Positions 58,231 through 64,000 of a DNA stretch of 64,000 bases are shown here, piece by piece. Position numbers and translations under genes: made by a program. The notes beneath the pieces are model-generated. The model was given only the letters and a program-made list of their open reading frames with translations, was not told where the DNA came from and did no database searches. The DNA comes from the human T2T-CHM13v2.0 reference genome, Homo sapiens. Each line of letters opens with the position of its first letter. Position 1 is the stretch's first letter. The stretch lies in NCBI RefSeq assembly GCF_009914755.1, contig NC_060948.1; one strand, 5' to 3'.

Positions 58231-59030
58231 TTAGCCTGGGGCATCAAATAGCAAGGATCTTGGGGGAAAGAGTGGAGGGACATACAAACCTGCCTGAGGC
58301 ACAATCACATAAGCAAGATAAAAAAGCAGAAAAAAGAACAATAGCAAAAGATGGCACGAAATTCGCAGGGACTAATGTCTCTATGGGACTAGGAATTCCT
58401 TAAATGGGAAAATGACTTGAGTCCATTCAGCTGGACTTCAACCCAGAATTCATCCAAAATAAGGCTACAGACCTGGCCACACTCAATATATCCAATGCAG
58501 GGAATCATGATGACATTTCCAAGGCTGTCTAAATTTTTGTGCTTCTTTTTTTGGTTATTTTGGGAGATGGAGTCTCGCTCTGTTGCCCAGGCTGGAGAGC
58601 AGCGGCATGATCTCAGCTCACTGTAACCTCTGCCTCCTGGGTTCAAGCGATTCTCTGCCTCGGCTTCCGGAGTAGCTGGGATTACAGGCATGCCTGCCAC
58701 CATGCCTGGCTATTTTTTGTATTTTTAGTAGACATGGGGTTTCACCATCTTGGCCAAGCTGGCCTTGAACTCCTGACCTCATGATCCACCCACCTCAGCC
58801 TCCCATAGTGCTGGGATTACAGACATGAGCCACCATGCCCCACCAAATTTTTATGCTTCTTATCTTGAAGTCATTAATTCCCACCAACCAGGTTATATTA
58901 AAAATTAATAGGGACTGGGTGTGGTGGTTCACACCTGTAATCCTGCCACTTTAGGAGGCTGAGGCAGGCAGATAACTTGGGGTCAGGAGTTCAAGACCAG
59001 CCTGACGAACATGGTGAAACCCTGTCTCTA

Positions 59031-59233
<203 letters not shown>

Positions 59234-59280
59234 TCATGCCTATAATCTCAACACTTTAGGAGGCTGTCGTGGCTGGATCA

Positions 59281-59542
<262 letters not shown>

Positions 59543-59593
59543 TCACACCTGTAATCCCAGCACTTTGGGAGACCAGAGCAGGTGGATAAACTA

Positions 59594-59755
<162 letters not shown>

Positions 59756-59960
59756 TCAGTGGATTTAGCTGAAAGGAGGAGAATAAAAGCATGTAGTTCT
59801 TTCTGACGATATTAGTGAGTTTGTCTTTGGGATAAACAGAGTGAAATGCTTTAAAATTACTAAGCACCAGAAAAGCATGCTAATCATGAATCAGCATGAA
59901 AATCATGCTTCTCATGCATTTGCACTTCAAGGTTGATTTATTATACTTGGCAACAAGATG

Positions 59961-60300
59961 AGAAGAAAATAAGTAGGTTATTATTTATATAACCATCATC
60001 ATTTTTTCCCAGAGATCTATTATTAGTAATATGCAAAGTCCTATAATACATAGGTGAGTTTGTCTTTCAAAAAGAAAGAAGGGAGGGAAAGACTTGTGGG
60101 GGGGAACTATCCCCCATTTATTAAGAAATAAGTAGGTTATTAAGAAAATAACTAGCTTATTATTTATATAACCCCATCATTTTTTTCCCGCAGGATCTAT
60201 CATCAGTAATTTTCAGAGTCCTGTAATACATAAGTGAGTTTGTCTTTCAAAAAGAAAGAAGGAAGGGAGGGAAGGGGGTGAACTACGATTTATTAAGTAG
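59961..60300 (+). repeat. Direct tandem duplication, 180-bp period, each unit carrying a splice-site-flanked 40-41 nt segment
   Basis: 59961-60140 aligns with 60141-60300. Confidence 0.85.
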
Positions 60301-60353
60301 CTTGTCTACATTAGGCAATAAGTAGCTTTTCCCAAATTCCAAAATGAAATCCA

Positions 60354-61107
60354 TGTTAGTTTTGTAACGCTGCTGTAAAAAAAATCACCACAAACGTATG
60401 TGCCTAACACTAACAAATGTATTATAGTTTTGGAGGTCAGAAGCCCTACACAAGGTTCATGGAGTTAAAATTAAGGTGTTGACTGGGTACAGTGGCTGAC
60501 ACCTGTAATCTCAGCACTTTGGGAGGCTGAGGCAGGAGGATTGCTTGAGGCCAGGAGTTCAACACCAGCCTGGACACTATAGCAAGACTCCCTGTCTACA
60601 AAAAGTACCAAAAATTAGCTGGGTATGTTGGTGCCTGCCTGTAGTCCCAGCTACTTGGGAGGGTGAGGTGGAAGGATCGCTTGAGCCCAGGAGCTCAAGG
60701 CTGCAGTGAGCCGTGATTGTAGCACTGTACTCCAGCCTGGGTGACAGAGAGAGATTCTGTCTCTTACAAAACCCAGGAGTGCTGGTTCTTTCTGGAGGCT
60801 GTGGGGAGGATCCGTTTCCTGCCTTTTTTAGTTTCCAGCATTTCCAAGCTCATGGCTCTCCCTCACTCGCATCTCAGCTTCCATTTTCATGTCTCCTTCT
60901 CCAACTTGGACCCTCCTGCCTCCCTCTTAGAAGGAGCCTGTGACGGCATTTAGGGCCAACCTGGGTCATCCAGGGGCATCTCCCATCTCAAGATCCTTAA
61001 CCTCATCTCATCTGCAAAGTCCTCCTGACCGTGCAAGATCAGCTGTTCCCAGGTTCCAGGGATTCAGATGTGGACATCTTTGGGGAGCCATTATTCTACC
61101 TATCACA
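60354..61107. mobile_element. MLT1 (MaLR) LTR split by an Alu (~60481-60770)
   Basis: AGTTTTGGAGGTCAGAAG, TCTGGAGGCTGTGGGGAGGATCC, GGACATCTTTGGGGAGCCATTATTCTACCTATCACA. Confidence 0.75.
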
Positions 61108-61251
61108 GTAGCCTATATGCTTTTTCCCCCAAAACTCTCTGAAGTAACCACTGTTACCTCATCAGGCAAAAATTCTGAGACCCAGCCAAGTGAATTACTG
61201 TGGATAATATCACGTCAACTAGAAAGTGGCCCCAGGTAGTCAAACCATATG

Positions 61252-62075
61252 CTTTTTCTTTTTCCTTCAACTTTTATTTTAAGTCCGGGGGTATCAGTGC
61301 AGGCTGTGCAGGTTGTTTCATAGGCAAACGTGGGCCATGCTGCTTTGTTGTTTTTCACTTTTTAATAATCGCCATTCCGACTGGCATGAGATAACAACTC
61401 ATTATGGTTTTCATGTACATTTCATTACCCAGGTATTGAGCCTGGCATCCATTAGCTATTCTTCCTGATGCTCTCCTTCCCCCTGCGCCCCCTTACAACA
61501 GGCCCCAGAGTGTGCTCTTCCCCACAATGTGTCCATGTGTTCTCATCGTTCAGCTCCCAATTATAAGTGAGAACATGCAGTGTTTGGTTTTCTCTTCCTG
61601 TGTTAGTTTCCTGAGGATAACAGCTTCCAGCTTCATCCACGTTCCTGCAAAGGACATAATCTCACTCCTTTTTATGGCTGCATAGTATTCCATGGTGTCT
61701 ATGGACCACATTTTCTCTATCCAGTCTACCACTGATGGTCATTTGGGTTGATCCCGTGTTGTTGCTATCATGAATAATGCTGCAGTGAACATACACGTCT
61801 ATGTATCTTTATAATAGAGTAATTTATAGTCCTTTGAGTATATACCCAGCAATAGGATTGGTGGGTTAAATGATAGTTTTGCCTCTAGATCTTTGAGAAA
61901 TCACCACACTCTCCCACAATGGTTGAACTAATTTACACTCCCACCAATAGTGTAAAAGCCTTCCTTTTTCTCTGCAACCTCACCAGCTTCTGTTTGTTTT
62001 TCACTTTTTAATAATTGCCATTCTGACTGGCGTGAGATGGTCTCTCATTGTGGTTTTGATTTGCATTCCTCTAAT
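61252..62075 (-). mobile_element. L1PB/old L1PA 3' end, 5'-truncated
   Basis: CAGCTCCCAATTATAAGTGAGAACATGCAG...TTTATGGCTGCATAGTATTCCATGG. Confidence 0.85.
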
Positions 62076-62399
62076 CGGACCATATCCTATCTTCTTGCAA
62101 GTACATCTTCTTGTTACAATGAGCTGCCTCCCAAAGTTCCTTCCAAAGATGTCCAATATTATGTCAGAAATGGGGTATTAAGTCCCATCTTTATCATCAC
62201 CCACCTTCAAATATAACTGAACTCATGAAGACGTATTCACTGAGCATCTATGGTGGGTCACACTAACCACCCTCAGAGAGCTAGTCAAACAGAGCAATAT
62301 CCTGCCACATATAATCAAATAGCAAATATATTCACTGAAGATATTGGTCAATGACAAAAAAATGAAACTGGGCAGCATAGTGAGATCCTACCTCTGTCA

Positions 62400-62567
<168 letters not shown>

Positions 62568-63834
62568 TTAAACACGCACACACAGACACACACAAAAACA
62601 CAAAACATCAGTTAGACAGGATGCATAAATTCAATAGATCTATTTTACAGCATGATGACCACAGTACATAACAATATATTGTATTGTTGGCAAACGGTGA
62701 AGACATTCACCGTTAAATGAAAATTACTAAGAGAGTAGATTTTAAGTGTTCTCACCACGTAAACATAACTGTGTTAGGGAATGTTAATTAGCTCAATTTA
62801 GCCATTCCACAATAGATATATGTATCACAACATCATAAATACATATAATATTTGATTTGTCAATTAAAAAAGATTATGCTAGCTGGAAACAGTGGCTCAT
62901 GCCTGTAATCCAGCACTTTGGGAGGCCGAGGCAGGTGGATTGCCTGAGCTCAGGAGTTCGAGACCAGCCTGGGCAACATGGTGAAACCCTGTCTCTACTA
63001 AAATACAAAAAAATTAGCCAGGGATGCTGGCATGTGCCTGTAGTCCCAGCTACTCGTGAGGCTGAGGCAGAAGTGCTTGAATGCTTGAGGCAGAGGCTGC
63101 AGTGAGCCAAGGTCTCACCACTGCACTCCAGCCTGGGCAACAGAGTAAGACTCTGTCTCCAAAAAAAAAAGAAAAGTCAATATAAATGTGTTTTAAAGTA
63201 AAAAAAAAAAAAAAAGAATATAGAGAAAAAAAGAGCATGGAAATATTGAAAATAATAAATAAAATAATGTATTTTAATTGAAATGCATAATTTACAAGCC
63301 AGGCACTGGTCCCAACTATTCAGGAGACCAAGGCAGGAGGATCTTTTGACCCCAGGAGTTTGAGCTTATCCTGGGCAACACAGCAAGACCCCATCTCTAA
63401 AAAAGAAAAAGATGAATAATTTATAATTCCTACATCTACATTGTTTCTGTTTTGTTTTGTTTGAGATGGAGTTTTGCTTGGTCACCCAGGCTGGAGTGCA
63501 ATGACACCATCTTAGCTGACTTCATCCTCTGCCTCCCAAGTTCAAGTGATTCTCCTACTTCAGCCTTCCAAGTAGCTGGGACTTCACTTGCCTGCCACCA
63601 TACCTGGGTAATTTTTGTACTTTTAGTAGAGATGGGATTTCACCATGTTGACCAGGCTGGTCTCAAACTCCTGACTTCAAGTGATCCACCTTCCTCAGCC
63701 TCCCAAAGTGCCGGGATTATAGGCATAAGCCACTGCTCCTGGCCCCAAAATTCCTTTATCTACATTGTTGAATGGGGCAATGACAGGGAAACCAGCTGTA
63801 GCCCAATTCAAGATTGGATTGCTTAAATTGGGAG

Positions 63835-64000
63835 GCATCATCCCAATTAGTGACTTAACACAATCAATAGCACTCTTATATTTCTGTAAGTCAGAAGTTC
63901 TTAATGGGTCTTACAGGCTGTTCTAACATTGCTATGAAGAACTACCTGAGACTGGGTAATTTATAAAGAAAAGAGGTTTAATTGACTCATGATTCTGCAG
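63835..64000. mobile_element. MLT fragment followed by a THE1/MST LTR fragment running off the window edge
   Basis: GAACTACCTGAGACTGGGTAATTTATAAAGAAAAGAGGTTTAATTGACTC. Confidence 0.7.

Overview
Human (primate) non-genic DNA made almost entirely of transposable elements. A perfect [AAAG]18 tract with flanks matching the primer sites I recall for the forensic marker DYS576, plus a probable DYS525 [AGAT]12, places the window on human Yp11.2, by my recollection between TBL1Y/GPR143P and PRKY. The left 37 kb is a retroelement pile-up. An old L1M 3' end holds an LTR, which holds a minus-strand HERV-IP (LTR10) provirus. A whole HERV9/LTR12-type provirus sits in that provirus's 3' LTR, and a HERV-K LTR5 solo LTR sits in its integrase. 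Next come MER41B (split by THE1), THE1 LTRs, MER82, a full-length L1PA (17-bp TSD, open ORF0) and a 5'-truncated ERV3-like provirus. The right 27 kb is very Alu-dense with large GGAT/CA low-complexity tracts and one consensus-perfect AluYa5. All retroviral and L1 ORF1/ORF2 frames are broken, and I found no intact host gene, RNA gene or CRISPR. I cannot support a clearly new biological system. The best leads are: a predicted in-frame L1 ORF0-to-ERV gag splice, a tandemly duplicated mini-exon cassette, a tRNA-Pro PBS on an ERV9-type provirus, and several local templated insertions. Family names come from recalled consensus sequences, not database searches.
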